A stretch of DNA of 62,112 nucleotides, the filler included, from Collodictyon triciliatum (Eukaryota), in assembly GCA_043381765.1 (NCBI GenBank). It is 3 parts of 3 records of this genome, joined end to end, with 100 filler letters (N's around TTAATTAATTAA, not from the genome) between each part and the next. Parts side by side here need not be neighbours in the genome. Positions count along the whole stretch, not along the records: positions 1 to 28,329 come from JBHJMP010000030.1; 2 more parts are not named here. The stretch is one strand, 5' to 3'. Below, piece by piece: positions 1-13,954 of the stretch. The position numbers and the translations under genes are program-made. Under the pieces are notes generated by a model that was not told the DNA's origin, ran no database searches, and saw only the letters and a list, made by a program, of their open reading frames with translations. How positions within the stretch are numbered: position 1 is the first letter of the stretch; the number at the start of each line of letters is the position of its first letter.

Positions 1-150
1 CATAAAAACATAAAAACATAAAAACATAAAAACATAAAAACATAAAAACATAAAAACATAAAAACATAAAAACATAAAAACATAAAAACATAAAAAACAT
101 AAAAAACATAAAAAACATAAAAAGCACAAAAAACACAAAAACATAAAACC
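1..150. repeat. (CATAAAAA)n tandem repeat, degenerating to the right
   Basis: 8-nt unit read directly from the sequence. Confidence 0.95.
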
Positions 151-809
151 ATAAATAAAATAAAAGCATTCATCGAATCTACATACCCCTATCTTGAAAA
201 GCTAGAAAAGAAAAATAATAATAAAATGAAGCCATTATCAACCAAATTCTACAGACTCGAATCGCCGCTTTGCGGATTAAGAGAGCCCAGAAGAGTACGA
301 AGGCCAAGCAGCTCCAGCAGGAAGCGAAACCATGGACGGACCAAAGCCGATCACGCCCAGTGTAAACCCACCTCTTCGCCGGCGCACAGCGAGTGATCTC
401 ACGCCAGACATCACCCACGAGATCGAAGTTGTCGAGCGGCCAAACTCCTCCCTCGTTTGTGTGGCCGAGTCAGTTTCTTTTTTCTTCTTTTTTTTTATTT
501 CTCTCTGCATCATCTTCTTTTTCTTTTCTTAAAAATAGGTTTATTTATTCTCTTTCTCCCTTCTCCCTTCTCCAAAGAATACATTCAGTAGCCATCTGAT
601 TAGTCGGGTAATATAAGTGCTTTTGTTTGAAAGACAAGTCCTTTTCTTTTCTGGCGAGTTCGGCTGGCGAGCTTCCTTACGTTTCATCGCTTTTTTTTTC
701 GTCATTCTTTTGTTCATACAGTAATACCAAAGCGCTTTTATCTCTAAAAAAAACTCAGCATGTGATTTACACACAAATCAGTCTTTTTTCTTCTAAACTG
801 TATAGTCCC

Positions 810-3800
810 ATGTCCGAGGAAAAGCAGTCAGAGTCGATCAATCCAAAGACGCAAGAAGCTGATGGTTCGGCTTTACTTTCTTATTGCAGATATTCTCTAC
901 TCTTCTAGAGAAATAACAAGTGTCCTTGTTCCAACTTCCAAAAAAACTAAAATATGACTGATTCAAAACGATCTCTTGTGCACGAATGCTGATTTTTTTT
1001 TATTTGCTTCATTTTTGCATGGATTGATACGTCGCAGGCCTGGACCATGAAACCCTTGGAGATGGGGATGTGAATACACGCAGCCAGGATAATGATGCCG
1101 GTTCATTTCCTATGTTTTCTTTTTGTGTCATTTCCCGTCACTCCATCGCTGCATGATTCCCTTTTGTATTCATCACAATAATTAATTTACAACCTATTCG
1201 TAAGAGGCAGATTCTGAGGAGGACTGGGACGCACTTCTCGGTAATATCAAAATATAGCCTGTTGGGAAAGAAAAAAAATCTGACGCAATTTAGATTTCTA
1301 TTTTTCACAGCACAAATCCGACACTCCTTTCCCGCGCATAATTTGATGCAATTTACATTGGAATATTTTCTTATTTTCTTTTTGTGTATGTAACCGCATC
1401 TCTGTGCAAATAGCTTCATCATCAGAGGATGAAGACGAAGCCGAATTAGATAACCGGCCCGAAAATGATAATGCAGAAGGAAATTACATCTCTGTGAGTA
1501 TTGCAAACCTCGATGGAAAAGAAGATCGCAATCGTAGTAGAAAAGCCGTTGCTATGAATCGACAGCGGATGATGAATCGGGAGGCTCTAAAGAAAGTCGG
1601 AGCACAAGTACAAATGGAGCTGGAAGACAAGAAAAGGACAGTTGCCCAGGCTACAGAAAGTGTAAGCCGCCTCTGTATTGTTGTTCTATCGTTTTCTATT
1701 AATTTTTTTTTCAGCGCGGTTCATTCTTATTCAATCATTTCCTGTCGCAAATATGGACACGCACCTAACGAGTTTTTATACTTCCTCGCATCTTACGGGC
1801 CACTTCTGCATCCATGTTTTTGTCTCCTGCATATCTATTATGCATTCAAAGGCTATGGAGGCTCGTGACCAGAGCAAAATGGCAAAGGCTGAATATTTAC
1901 AAATGAGCGAGAAAGTAAAGAATATGGAGGTGACGCCTTGTTACACTAAAATCATTTGAAAAACACACGTTTTTGTTGCAATTTTCATGTATTTACGCTT
2001 ATTGAGACCAAAAGCATGTGTTTATGACAAAGTACCATTCATTAATCCTGCTGATTCAGATGGACTCAAAGTCTTCTCCCCAAGAACTTATAAGGGCAAA
2101 GAGACAGCTGATGGAGGTATTGCCTTTGGATTGCTTCCCAATCGATCTTTTTATATCCTATTTATGTATGACATTATGTCAGAGAAATCTAAATCTTCCA
2201 TCGAGCATGAAGGCTAGTTTTTATTTTTCTCTTCATCAATATCTGATTACTGATCGTATGTATACCATCGTTTGTGATGTTTAGCTCTCTGCGTTCGCTG
2301 AACAAATGGCCCGGGCAGCTGGGGAGCAGCAAAGGGCTCTTGATATTGTATGTTTATGCGCATATTCGTTCTATAATAGCAGCACCCTAAAATTTACTCG
2401 TTTGTTTAAATCAAGATGGAAGGAGAATTGTTGCAAATCGAGCTAGAAGCCATGAAGGTTGTAGAAGCTGTAGATGGTCTAAGAGATGAAGAGGTAACAT
2501 TACTCTTGTCTATTTCCGAGAAAAATGACTTTAAAATTCGAATTACCTTATTCTATCTGGGTGTTTTTTTTTTAAAAAAAAAGAAGTTATTTATCTGGGT
2601 GATATATTGAGTACTCACTCCCTGGTTTCTTTCTACCATACAAAATTACGACCACCGTGCTGAATGAATGGTTGACAAGTACATATTCATTTGATTAGGC
2701 AGCTGATATGCAGGAAATGGAGGAAATGGCCCAAAGACATGCAGGGATTGAGCATCATGCGGCCAGAAAGTATGAAGCCAGACTGAAGAAACGACTTGAC
2801 ATTATCCAGCAAAAGATTGAACAACAAGAAATCACTAGGTGATCATTTCCTTCCATCTTTGTTTTTTTTGTAAAAGGGGAGCTAACTTCCTGTCTTTTTT
2901 GGCGATTCATATTTAAAGTTTATGAATGCAATCCCATCATACTTTCTATATACATGAAAAATCTTGTACGAAACTTTGCATAATAATCAGAAAAAAAGCG
3001 ATGCAAGACGCTCGAGCTGGACGGAGAAAAGCTCAAGAAAGAGTCGAAAAATTGCTTAATTCATTCGTTTCTGCCAAAGTAACGCTCTTTTACTATTTTA
3101 CTCTGCTTTTGTATCCTGTTTTCAATAACACACGCTATTATAAATTTAGACCAAATTCTGTGAACCATAAAATTGTTAACAAGACTCTATTACGGGTCAT
3201 ATTCGTTCACTTCATTGCAATTTTTATCCTTTTTATTTTTTTTTGTTTGTTTGATATCCATTTTGAAAGATTTCAATCGATTTTAACACCCGACATACCA
3301 TTCACAAAATACATCTTGTCAAATTATTTATGCATCATATGAATAATTAGGAGGAAGACTTGAACAAGCGTTTGGAACACAAAGCGAAAAGAGTTAAGGC
3401 TTTCCTGGAATTGAAGTCAAATATCGAATCATCTCAAGCACAGATTCGTTCTTCATTGGAGAAAAAGTATATCCCATTTACGAACAAGTTTATATACCTG
3501 ATGAATCCATCTGTCCGAAATTGAACAGTATACTGTTATAAAAAAATAGTATCGTGGCTCTCAACTGATATCATTTTGGATGACCATAGGATGAAAAAGA
3601 AACAAGAACAACGTGAACGAGAAGAAGCTGAGAAGCAAGAAATCCTCAAATATGGAGGAAATCCGTACGAAGTATGATTTAGTACGCAGAGCACAGCCTA
3701 TATATGTTGCCCCTTCCTTTAATTATGGGTGTCTATATACCCACTTAATGTTCCAAAAAAAATTTTTAACGCCAAAAAAGAAAAGACGCATAACCGCAAA

Positions 3801-6800
3801 GTCATCATTACCTCATGAGTGTACCAGATTTATAGAAGGAAAGAGGAAAATGAGAGACTTGCTCGTGACCTAGAAAAACTAAGAAAAAGGCAAAAAGTCA
3901 GAGAGCTTCAAATTGTAGCAAAGCTGCTAGACGAAGAGAAATACCTTCAGAAAAAGGTCGATGCTGAAAATCGAGAAAAGGCGGTCGAGGTAAAATACGC
4001 AGAAAACGAGTCATCCCAGGATGATGAGCAAGATATATAATAGAAACTTCTATTATTTACTTAAGGAGCTTTTCAAATAGCACCACTTCCCGTTTCTTAT
4101 CATCGCTCTTCAATAGAAACAATACCAATTAAGTCTCGGAAGACGTGCCGAGGAGAAAAGAATGGAAAATTGTACCATCTATTCCAAAATCAATTGTCAA
4201 ATCCACTCTCTAGACTGTAGATGCAGATGCAAAATGTATCTTAATTTTTCTGATCGAATAGCCTTTTAATCGGTAACACATCTGGCTCAGATATCCTGAG
4301 TCGAACTGGTGGCAAGGAGGTTGTGGAAATGTCGACAACCAAGCACGTCTCTATCGACCAAGTATGCCACTTGAATCAATTTAACCCTGGTTAACTATCA
4401 CAGAATGAATAATTACTTCTTTTTTTTTTTAACACCGCGATTGAAGTTGTATTAGTAGCATATAAAAAAAAAAGCTTCCATACCATCCAATCCACTTATT
4501 TTTAAAGTCTCAATGTAAAGTTGTAGCGTAGATTTTAACAAATGACTTTATCACATAATTTTTACGAGACATTTTTTCGTACTATAAATTGAGGGTGATG
4601 ATTTATTTATTCGAAAATAGATCACATCGCGGAGAGCTGTCTATGAAAATAAACTCATTTCCATGATTGAGAAGCAGCTGAATAGAAACAACGAAGAGGG
4701 AGAAAGAGACCAATCAACTCCGAACCAGGGCCAAACAAAAAAAGCATTTGAACTAAAGTATCGGTCCCTTGTTCATTATGTATTCCATGATAGCATTTAA
4801 AATATCCATCACTGTTGGGTACAAAAGTTGACAAATGAAAGAAATTCTCATTTCGAAACCTTTTTCAAAACCCAGCAAAACAAGGCAGACCGCTTGGGAA
4901 GAAAAGCATGGACCACTCCCTGACAAACCTGATGAAGAGGTTGGGTTAATTCACCTAGTTTTTAATTTGTTCCGTCCATTTTTTCTTAATTATCTCTCTA
5001 TTTTTTTTTAAAAAAAAATTGTATCCCATATCTACAACATATATTCCACTTTCTAAATTTTATCGTCAAAGTTTGCAGAGCCTGAATTTCAAGGGCTATG
5101 GGAGTCTAATCAGAAGACGTTTGATGCGAATGCCACAAAGACCCTCCGCGATTTGTCTACATTTGAGAAGAAGGCTCTTGCAGAAAGAATGAGACTGGTG
5201 TCTTGCTTAACTAAAATCGAATATAGCAATATCACATCGACCACAAACATTCTTCATTTTTGTTTTCAAGTAAAACTGCATTCGGTATTGATACAGTTTT
5301 GGTTAATCGATTATTTCACTTAGCACAAAGAAAATATCGGCAGTAAGAAGCAGGTTGTTCTCGGGAAAGAATTCAAAGGAGACGCGTTTATTCCCAAGCC
5401 CGAAAAAATCATATTTAAAGACTTTGATGTTGGGGAAACTTACAAACAAAAAGTGTGTCCTTCGAGCATTTTCCAATACTATAATTTGGCCCCTTCCAGG
5501 AAATATTTTCCTATCAGATCAAAACTTCTTAATTCAATTTTTTTTTTCAAAAGGTATTACTGACAAATGTGTCGTTCACGTTCAACACGTTCAAGGTCTG
5601 GATAATGTGATGTATTTCTGTGATAGTTTACGAATTTATTTTCAAAGAATTTCAAATTGACAGATTTATCAAAAAAGAGATCTGAAATAAATATAAATTT
5701 CTAGAATTATGGTGTGTTGTCAAGCATAATTTATACATTTTTCTTCCAGGTTCTTGACATGCCCCCACAGTTCAAAGATTTCTTTGAAATATCCTACACC
5801 CCGCCAGGGTATATGTCTGCTGGATTAACGTGCGATATTTTTGGTGCCCTTTCTTACAGCTTCTATGATTAATTTTAGAAAATGTTTAATGACTCTATCG
5901 TCTGCAGCAAACGGCCTCCGATATTATGAATGATTCAAATATATCGATTTTCCATGAACCATAATAAACACAATTCTGTCTTTTGCTTCATTTCGAACTA
6001 TAGTTACTTTTACGCCAAAGATCAATGAAGACATCTTTACACACCTGCCTTTGCTCTCTGAGACTGGACCAATCAATATCCCGTTGGAGTGTACCACCAA
6101 AAAGACACAAATCTCAGTATATCCAAGGACACTCGACTTCGATGGAGTTGTTCTTGGCGAGTCCAGCAAGAAAGTTTGTGAAAACTGAGTGCCGCATGTG
6201 CGCTTAAAATTATATATCACACAAGAAAAGGAGAAAAAGGGCTAAAAAAAGCATTAGATACAAAGAATTCTAGCAGCTCTCTTCGCTCTATCATGATTGC
6301 TTCAAACCTTCTAGGTTATCCGGATTGTAAATAAGGGAGCACTGCCCACTCAAGTTCATATTGTGCCTATGTGAAGTTTTTTTTCTACTACCAATTATAA
6401 TCCATCAGAATCCAGGATATCAGGCATATTGTAATAAGCTTGGTGAATATGAAGCTTTGAATTCACTGTCACCCTTTTTCATGGCGCAGTAAATCGGATG
6501 AATCAGTGGACCTATCTTCATACAACTTCAAGGAAATGGCTGATATTCAAGCATATTCCACCACATCAATCGATGTTACTTTTTCTCCAACCAAGGTCGG
6601 CCAGTTCGATGGAAAGCTCGTTCTTCAATTCTCTGGTGGTGCAACTCCCGATCATGTTGTCGCTATATCCGTATGTTTTTTTTTTTAAAAAAAAAAAGAA
6701 TCATGATTGTCTTTGCTAATATAATAGCATTTCTTACTGTGAACATATGCAACTACGACCCAAAATAATTTTCACACTATTCCTCTCTGTATGATCTTTT

Positions 6801-9800
6801 TGCATTAGGGAACTGGCTCTGATGTGCCCATTTTTGTGGAAAGAGAAGTTTTAGACTTTCGTGTGTGTTACTTTGGAACTTTGTATCGGGAAGTTTTAGT
6901 TCTGCGCAATCGAGGTTCCTCTGCACTCAAGTTTCAAATAGATGCGCCCAAGGAATTGAAAGGATTTATTGAATTCACTCCAACTTATGGCTTCGTGCAG
7001 GTCATCATCCATATATTCCACATATTTTATAATTGTTGTGTTTCATTTTTTCGAAGTGGTCGAGGGTCTGATTGAAGAAACATCATTTACTATGCTGTGA
7101 TAGAGGCTATTCTTTTCTTCTTTCACGAATTTCTCCTGAATTTACACAATGTGATTCAATTTACCCACGATGTTACAGGTTCAGTCATCATTCCAGGTGC
7201 AAATGAAATTCCGTCCAGATTTATCCATTCTCCAACAATGTGGAAAATGGTCTGTAACTTGAAGGAGAATCTGAATTGAACCTAAAAATACAGATGTCAA
7301 AAAGATCAACAGAAATAAATTGGCATTCCAGGCTATGTTGCTTATTTATTATTTCTAATTTTTATATCAAAGAATGTAAAATTGTCATGCTTATCAAAAC
7401 TCAACAATCTAGCGCGGACCTTGGAAATAATATCATCACCGTGCCTATACGCGTTCAAGTTCCCGACCAAACGCTTCCAGTTTTCTTCACCATTACTGCA
7501 CAGCTAACATATTCTGACTTGCTGATAGAGCCTTCGCATATTGAATTTGGGGAGTGTTCTGTGCATGAAAGTGTCTCAGTGCCCATCAAAATCACAAGCA
7601 AATCGATTCTACCACAACAGTGAGACATCTCGCAGTCGATGAACGACATCCTTAATTTTCTCCAAGATTTTATTCCTCGTTATTGCATCTCTTCATAGCT
7701 TCGATTGGAAACACTATTGCTTTCGTTTTATAATTGATAATTACTCAATTTTCTCCTCTCGATGCAAGAACTTGAAATTATTTTCCAATCATAGATACGG
7801 ATTTGTAAATCTTTCAAAAGAAGTCGAAGTGCAACCAGGTGACGGATTTGGGACGATTCTACCACTAGAATCTATAGTAAGCACGCAGCCCTGTCAGTTG
7901 ATTATATCCCTGCAAAGAATCGTTTTAATTACAGAAATCGATTGATAGACATACAATTGAACTCTTTAATTTATCGATTTTTCTTATGACAGACCCGAAA
8001 TGTTATATTCTCTCCTCGAAGCGCCACGCTGCATACTTTAAACTTGACTCTAAAAACCCTGGCCATGCGTGAATACCAAATTCCCTGCAGAGGTGTCGGT
8101 GTTGTGGCACCATTGAAAATATCTGCATCATCCATTTATTTTGCTGGTCAGTTGACATACTTTGTGCACCTGTAGTTCAAATTCTAAAATATCCGCTAAA
8201 AGATATCTCGGAACATATGAGCTGATAAGCTAAACGTCCCTTTTTACTTTTTATGTATTTACTAAATCGAATACTGTTTCCTTTTTCAGCCACTGCCTTT
8301 GGTGATTCGAATACAGAACATATATTTGTCACAAATATATCGGCACTACCTCAGACGTTTGAATTTGCTATCCCAGCAGACTCTTTCTTGCAGGTTTTAC
8401 AAAAAGAAAAAGAAAAATTAAACCATCAGAAGGCTTGCCTCGATATTTATTTGGCCAAGGGTTTTTTTTTTTATCACGCTAATTATTCAAAAAGATATGG
8501 GATGAGAAGAATCTTATTTTTTTTTTTGATTGATTAAGTTCATCTCCTCATAATTTCTCAGATAGCCCCAGTTGTCGGAACCATCGCACCCCAGAAAACA
8601 ATACATATCCAGGTAATTGAAAATTGTCAGAATTCATTTTCTTTTTTAGATAAAAAATCAAAAAAATTTGTTCTTCATCAAAAATTAGCAACCTGAATTC
8701 CAAATATTTTCCTTTATATTTCCCTACGATAGAACATTGACTCCATGTTGTCTATAGTTTCACTTCTCGCCGCCACCACTGCCATCGCCAAAGAAACCCT
8801 CAAAGGACGAAGTGTTGGCACCGTCGCCCATCCCCACACCCGACGTAGCCGCTGTAATGACGCATATCGAATGACGATGCTGAATGATCAATTTTGCATA
8901 TCGCTCTTAGCCTATGAAACGTAATGTCATCCTGGTGTTTCAATTTTTTTAAATATAATAAATAACCATTGGGATAGAGTGCAACCCGGGATTCTTCTAA
9001 GAAACAAACGCCAGTATCATCGAAAGGAAAGCCTCAGGTTTCCTCAACTTTTTCTCTTTTTCTCTTTTTCTCTTTTTCTCTTTTTCTCTTTTTCTCTTTT
9101 TCTCTTTTTCTCTTTTTTTCTCTTTTTCTGAATAAATTGCGGCTTTTCCAATCACCAAAGTTTGCAGGGAATGATCAGATACCAGTCCCTAAATCACTTT
9201 GGAAATTCAATTCAAACTTTAGTCTGCTAAAGAAAAAGAGAAGGAAAAGAAGGGAAAAGATGCAAAGAAAATGACACCAACAGGAAAGAAAAAGGGTGGG
9301 AAAGACGAGGATGAATCGACTGTACGAGCTTACTAAAATTTTAAAGAATACATTCGATTTCGGACAATTTTCGATATACTTCAAATATCCCAATATATAC
9401 ATGAGCAGGCATACTTTAAATGAATTTTATGGTTGACCTTATACAGTTTGCAGAGGATGAAGAAGGTGATGGGGCAATTGAAGTCACAGTTACCCATGCA
9501 CCTGTGGTTGACGATGTCCTTCCAATTTTCAAAGAGCCCATTCCAGAGAGCATCCATAATTCTTGGAAGGTAATCTACATATGATTGAAAAAAATTAAAG
9601 AATATAGAATGAGCCTTCTTGAAATTGAATGATAAGAACATTTGATATCACTACGAAGTATAATTTGAACGATAATTGAGATAAATTTTAAACACATTGC
9701 GGTAGATTCCTTGCTTTGTACAAGGGAAGGAGGGCCATGTTTTGTATATGGATGTTCGAACAACCATAGTGAAACCCATCGTTACTATATCAAATCCTGA

Positions 9801-12241
9801 ATACCAATCTGGCATTAATTTCAAACAGGTGCCTATAGGTAATTTTTGACAGAACACATCTAAATACCCTCTTTAATATTTTTCTTTTTAGTTGGAAGAT
9901 AAATCACGTATCTCAAATAAAATATGCATTTTGGATAATTTTGAGGTTGCATTTTTTTAATTTAGGCCAGAAAGTTATCAAGATAGTGACCTTGAAAAAC
10001 AACGGGGACACGCCTATTCCGGTATTAAAATAGCCTTAATTCAGACGAAACGGTTAATTTATCTAGTAATATGAATGACGAAGAACTATCATTTTCCTTA
10101 AACAAAATCCTGCCTCTAAATAATATCTGATTTTGACTGAAATGGAACACAAATTGCATCGTAGTTATCTTTGAATTCAATCGACCCATTCGGCGCCTTC
10201 TTGGTTTTGAATGCTGTGTACTCAAGGACTATCAAGGCCAAAGAGTCGAAAGACCTAATAATCAGTTTTAATCCAGAAAAAGATGCCGAGGTTTTTTTAT
10301 GAGTACTTGATCAACAAAATATCTTTTTCGTCCCTAGCCTCGACAGTTTCACGAAAATTCTTTTTGCTTACATTAGTGCGTAATTCAATGGATACTTTAA
10401 AATAAGAAAATCCCTCACATTTCCTTTGATTTGTTACAGTATTTTGAGAACATGACATTGATATGCGGACCGAGCAAACTAACAGTGCCACTTCGCGGAA
10501 GAGGAATCCGACCCACGCTAAGAATTGAGCCACCTGAACGTAATCCGATTTTCTTTGCAACTCCACCAAAATCAGCTGATCAATGGAAGTTTCATTCATC
10601 AACACCAAATACTCACCACTCGCTTTGACTTGATTGAACTCAGCTGTATTTGACTTGGGCGATGTTCTAGTGGGAGATGTGATCACAAAAGTGTTTACTG
10701 TAAGATGAATGTGTTTGCTATCAATACGAGAAACTTGCATTCATTTTTAACTTTATGGAAATCAAGTTTCAAATATTTATTCAAACACGACTTTGTCTAT
10801 GTTTGCACTAATTTTGTTTTATACATGTGGGATTCATTCATGTCCAGATCATCAGCACATCAATATTTGACCTTCGTTACAAGGTTGAAATGCATACAAA
10901 AGCTGGAAGCGCAAACTACAACAATATATGTGCATTTGATTGTGTGCCCATCGAAGCAAACCTTGTACCTGGTAAAATTTGTCGTCATCTTGAACACGAG
11001 TTTTAAACAGCATCCTTCTTCTTTTTTTTTTTTAATATACTTATCGAGCCTTTTTTTTTTTTTCCCCCTGTGCATGAAGCATTGACTATTTGCGTAGATG
11101 ATGTTCATTTTTCTCTCCATGATATGTACTGCTTCACTAAACATCCCGAAAAAAAAAATTGCTTATCTGCAGGTGGTCAGCAAAAAGTGGTTGTCTCTTT
11201 CCATCCCGACCACGAAAGTGCAAAGTATGCATCGGAGGCTCATATCGTTGTCTCTCAAGAGGTCAATTTGAATCGCTATAGTATTTCTCGCTTAATCCAT
11301 CTTCTGAATCCATTCGCCGATTCAAGTTTGGCCATATGGTTTGGAAACATGCAAGCTGTACTAATATTACTGCATGACAACCCCAAAGCAAGAGGAACAG
11401 TACATCGTACGATTAGAGGGCCGTGGCTGGGCAGCCCCACTGTATCTTATGGGGTATGATGAGCAAGTGGAAATTGAAGATTTGTATATGCTTCCGTCCG
11501 AATGTGGGTTCTTTATCATTTTCTTCATGCACTTTCCAAGAAATGCCTGTGAGTTATGTAGAAAATCAACACAGTCCCAATAATCTCGTGATTGTCAAAT
11601 GCAGTCAACCGAAAAGGCTCAAAGACGGTTGAAGTGACTCTGCGCTGGATGGGTGGTGGTCCAGTTTTACGGGAGTTGGAAATCGGCTGTGTCAAACCGG
11701 GTGGAGACAAGAAAATCCCGTCAGGAGAATTCAGCATCGATGCACTGAGCCCACAAGCTATGAAGGACGGATTTTCTATTTCAACGAACAAGGTTATTCC
11801 ACAAATCTTTCATGGCATCTGTGCTTCTCTCTGTTTTTTTAATGAATGCAGCAAAAAGGAGTCATTATCGTGTTTGCTTGGTGAGACTATGTGGGTTTGT
11901 ATCTTGTAGGGAAATGTGGAACCAGGTTCTCGAAAAAAAGTGGAAATCCGGTTTCTGCCGAATTTTCAAGTAAGTGTAGACTTTTGCTCGTGTTTTTTTT
12001 TTTTTTTTTTTTTAATGTGACGATGGTGCATAAAGAATCGGCTGACTGACTTTTTCTTCATTATTTGATTAAATTTTTTATGAACCCCAAAAAAACTGCT
12101 CTTTTTATGTCACTAAAGTCCGATGCTGGAATCACCGGGTCCATCAAAGGGCAATGGCTCGAAGCTACTGTTCAAGTAAGACAAATTATTCATGCACAAG
12201 AAATGGGTTGGGACTACCTGACAAACATGACTCCTTATTCG

Positions 12242-12288
<47 letters not shown>

Positions 12289-12652
12289 ATTTCCCCAACA
12301 ATATACGTCATATGGGATTCTTTTGTGATATCTCTTTTAATTTTTCCTTAAACTGTATCATATATCATATCTCATATCACAGCATATCATAAATTGCCAT
12401 CGTATGCTATAGTGCCTTTTGAAAGGAGCGCCGACCGGACCTGACAAAGAAAGCGGGGAAAGGCGATACACCGTCCTTTTGCGCGGCTATGTTGGCGCCA
12501 GTGTTGAAGTGGAGAGAGAAGAGCGCAGCCGTGGTCGACCCGGAAGTCTGGGTGGCGTGCTCAACTCGAACGGACCGCAAGACGGGATGTCCACACCGGG
12601 GTCGAAAGGCAAAGAGGCCGGCTCAGGAAAAGCATCGGCGAAAAAGAAGTAG
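810..12652 (+). CDS. CFAP74: Cilia- and flagella-associated protein 74 (coiled-coil N-terminus, ASH/Ig-like repeats), about 40 exons; 5' start uncertain
   Basis: Manual GT-AG splicing gives one open frame with EPEFQGLW, FKDFDVGETYKQKVLLTNVSFTFNTFK, PPGYMSAGLTC, LRNRGSSALKF, VPDQTLPVFF, LPQQYGFVNL, QPGDGFGTILPLE; ends ...ASAKKK-TAG at 12652. Confidence 0.9.
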
Positions 12653-13320
12653 AGATTGACCAGTGATTGCCACGATAGCGGCTGTAGCAGTGATCATCAG
12701 CACAAAAGTCCCATAAACCCCCTTCTTCGTCCTATGAGCCTACAGAGGCCTGCGTTTCTGTTCGTGTTGCTTCTGCATTATCGCCTGCTCATTTCCCTTT
12801 TCGCCCTGGAACAAGTTAACATGAAAACCAACCTTTTTTATTCTTTGATGTCAAAAATACTTTATATGAAGTATATATTTATATCATCAAGTATATATTG
12901 ATATCATTCTTTCTTTTTTTTCTTTTTTTTTGACAGCAGCGAACGATATCCACAAATTCGCTGCGAAGCGCGCTGTAAATACTTGCAAAAAGAAAAGAGT
13001 AAAAATGGAAATGGAAATGGATATATATTCTGTCAGTGATTTGCCACTCAACTCATCGATTTCTTTGAAGGATTATTCAAAAAGACGCACCTTACTCACG
13101 TCTCGCCTTTGTCTGCCGAAGGAACAAGTCTATGAATCACAAGACACTCACACGAAAGAAGAGAAAAGAAGAAAGAAAGAAGAGTGTACCATTCCTCCTC
13201 CAACTGCGCCGACAATAATCATCGCTTATAATATAGACACTCACAATGTATATACACATATATATTATCTCAGCAAACACAGCGCAGCTACGGGCAGGAA
13301 CCAAAGAAGCAACAGAAAAC

Positions 13321-13922
13321 ATGGCCCGATGCGCCGCCCCTTTGCTTCTGTGGATCCTCATATGCGCAGCGCCACACAACTCGTTTGGAGGCAAAGCAGG
13401 CGTCCAGGCCAGACTCAGCAGCGCCCAAAGAGCCGATCAATGTCCTGCCGCAGCCTCCGACGTCTTCTCAGCAGACACCACGCTTCCGCCCAGTTGCTTG
13501 TCTGCGGCTCGGCCGATCTGCGTCTGCGACGCGGGTTTCTACCAAGACAGTGCCGACTCGCTGCAACGCGTGAGTCAGAAAACAACGCTGAAAGCAGCAG
13601 AGAATCCTGTGTCTTGTTTGCCCTGCCCTGAAAACGCGGTCTGCTTTCGCGGGTGGGTCGACCCGTTGTCCGAGGCGATCTATTCCTTCAACTCCACGGC
13701 CGAGACTTACAAGCACAAGGGAAAGCCTTTGCCAAAGGCGGGATTCTATGTCGACTTTGATGGCCGCGTTCGGCCTTGCAAGCTGGAGCAGCTCTGTCTG
13801 GGGTACTTGGATTCATCCATCTGTGTTGATGGTCGCACTGGAAGGCTTTGCTCGGAGTGCGAAACGAACCGCTTTGTACCTGTCGGAGTCTCCTGCATGG
13901 GTTTGTCGCTTCCTCACTGATT

Positions 13923-13954
<32 letters not shown>

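Noticed and set aside
1-150. (CATAAAAA)n or (GAAAAATA)n as telomeric repeats
   Set aside because: No G-rich strand, and many unrelated microsatellites sit at contig ends and in introns
255-470. GC-rich coding-like segment; reading through TAA at 278 could suggest stop-codon reassignment
   Set aside because: SF3B1 ends in TAA and XPF in TAG at their expected C-termini, and no conserved exon needs read-through; strand and frame of this segment cannot be resolved
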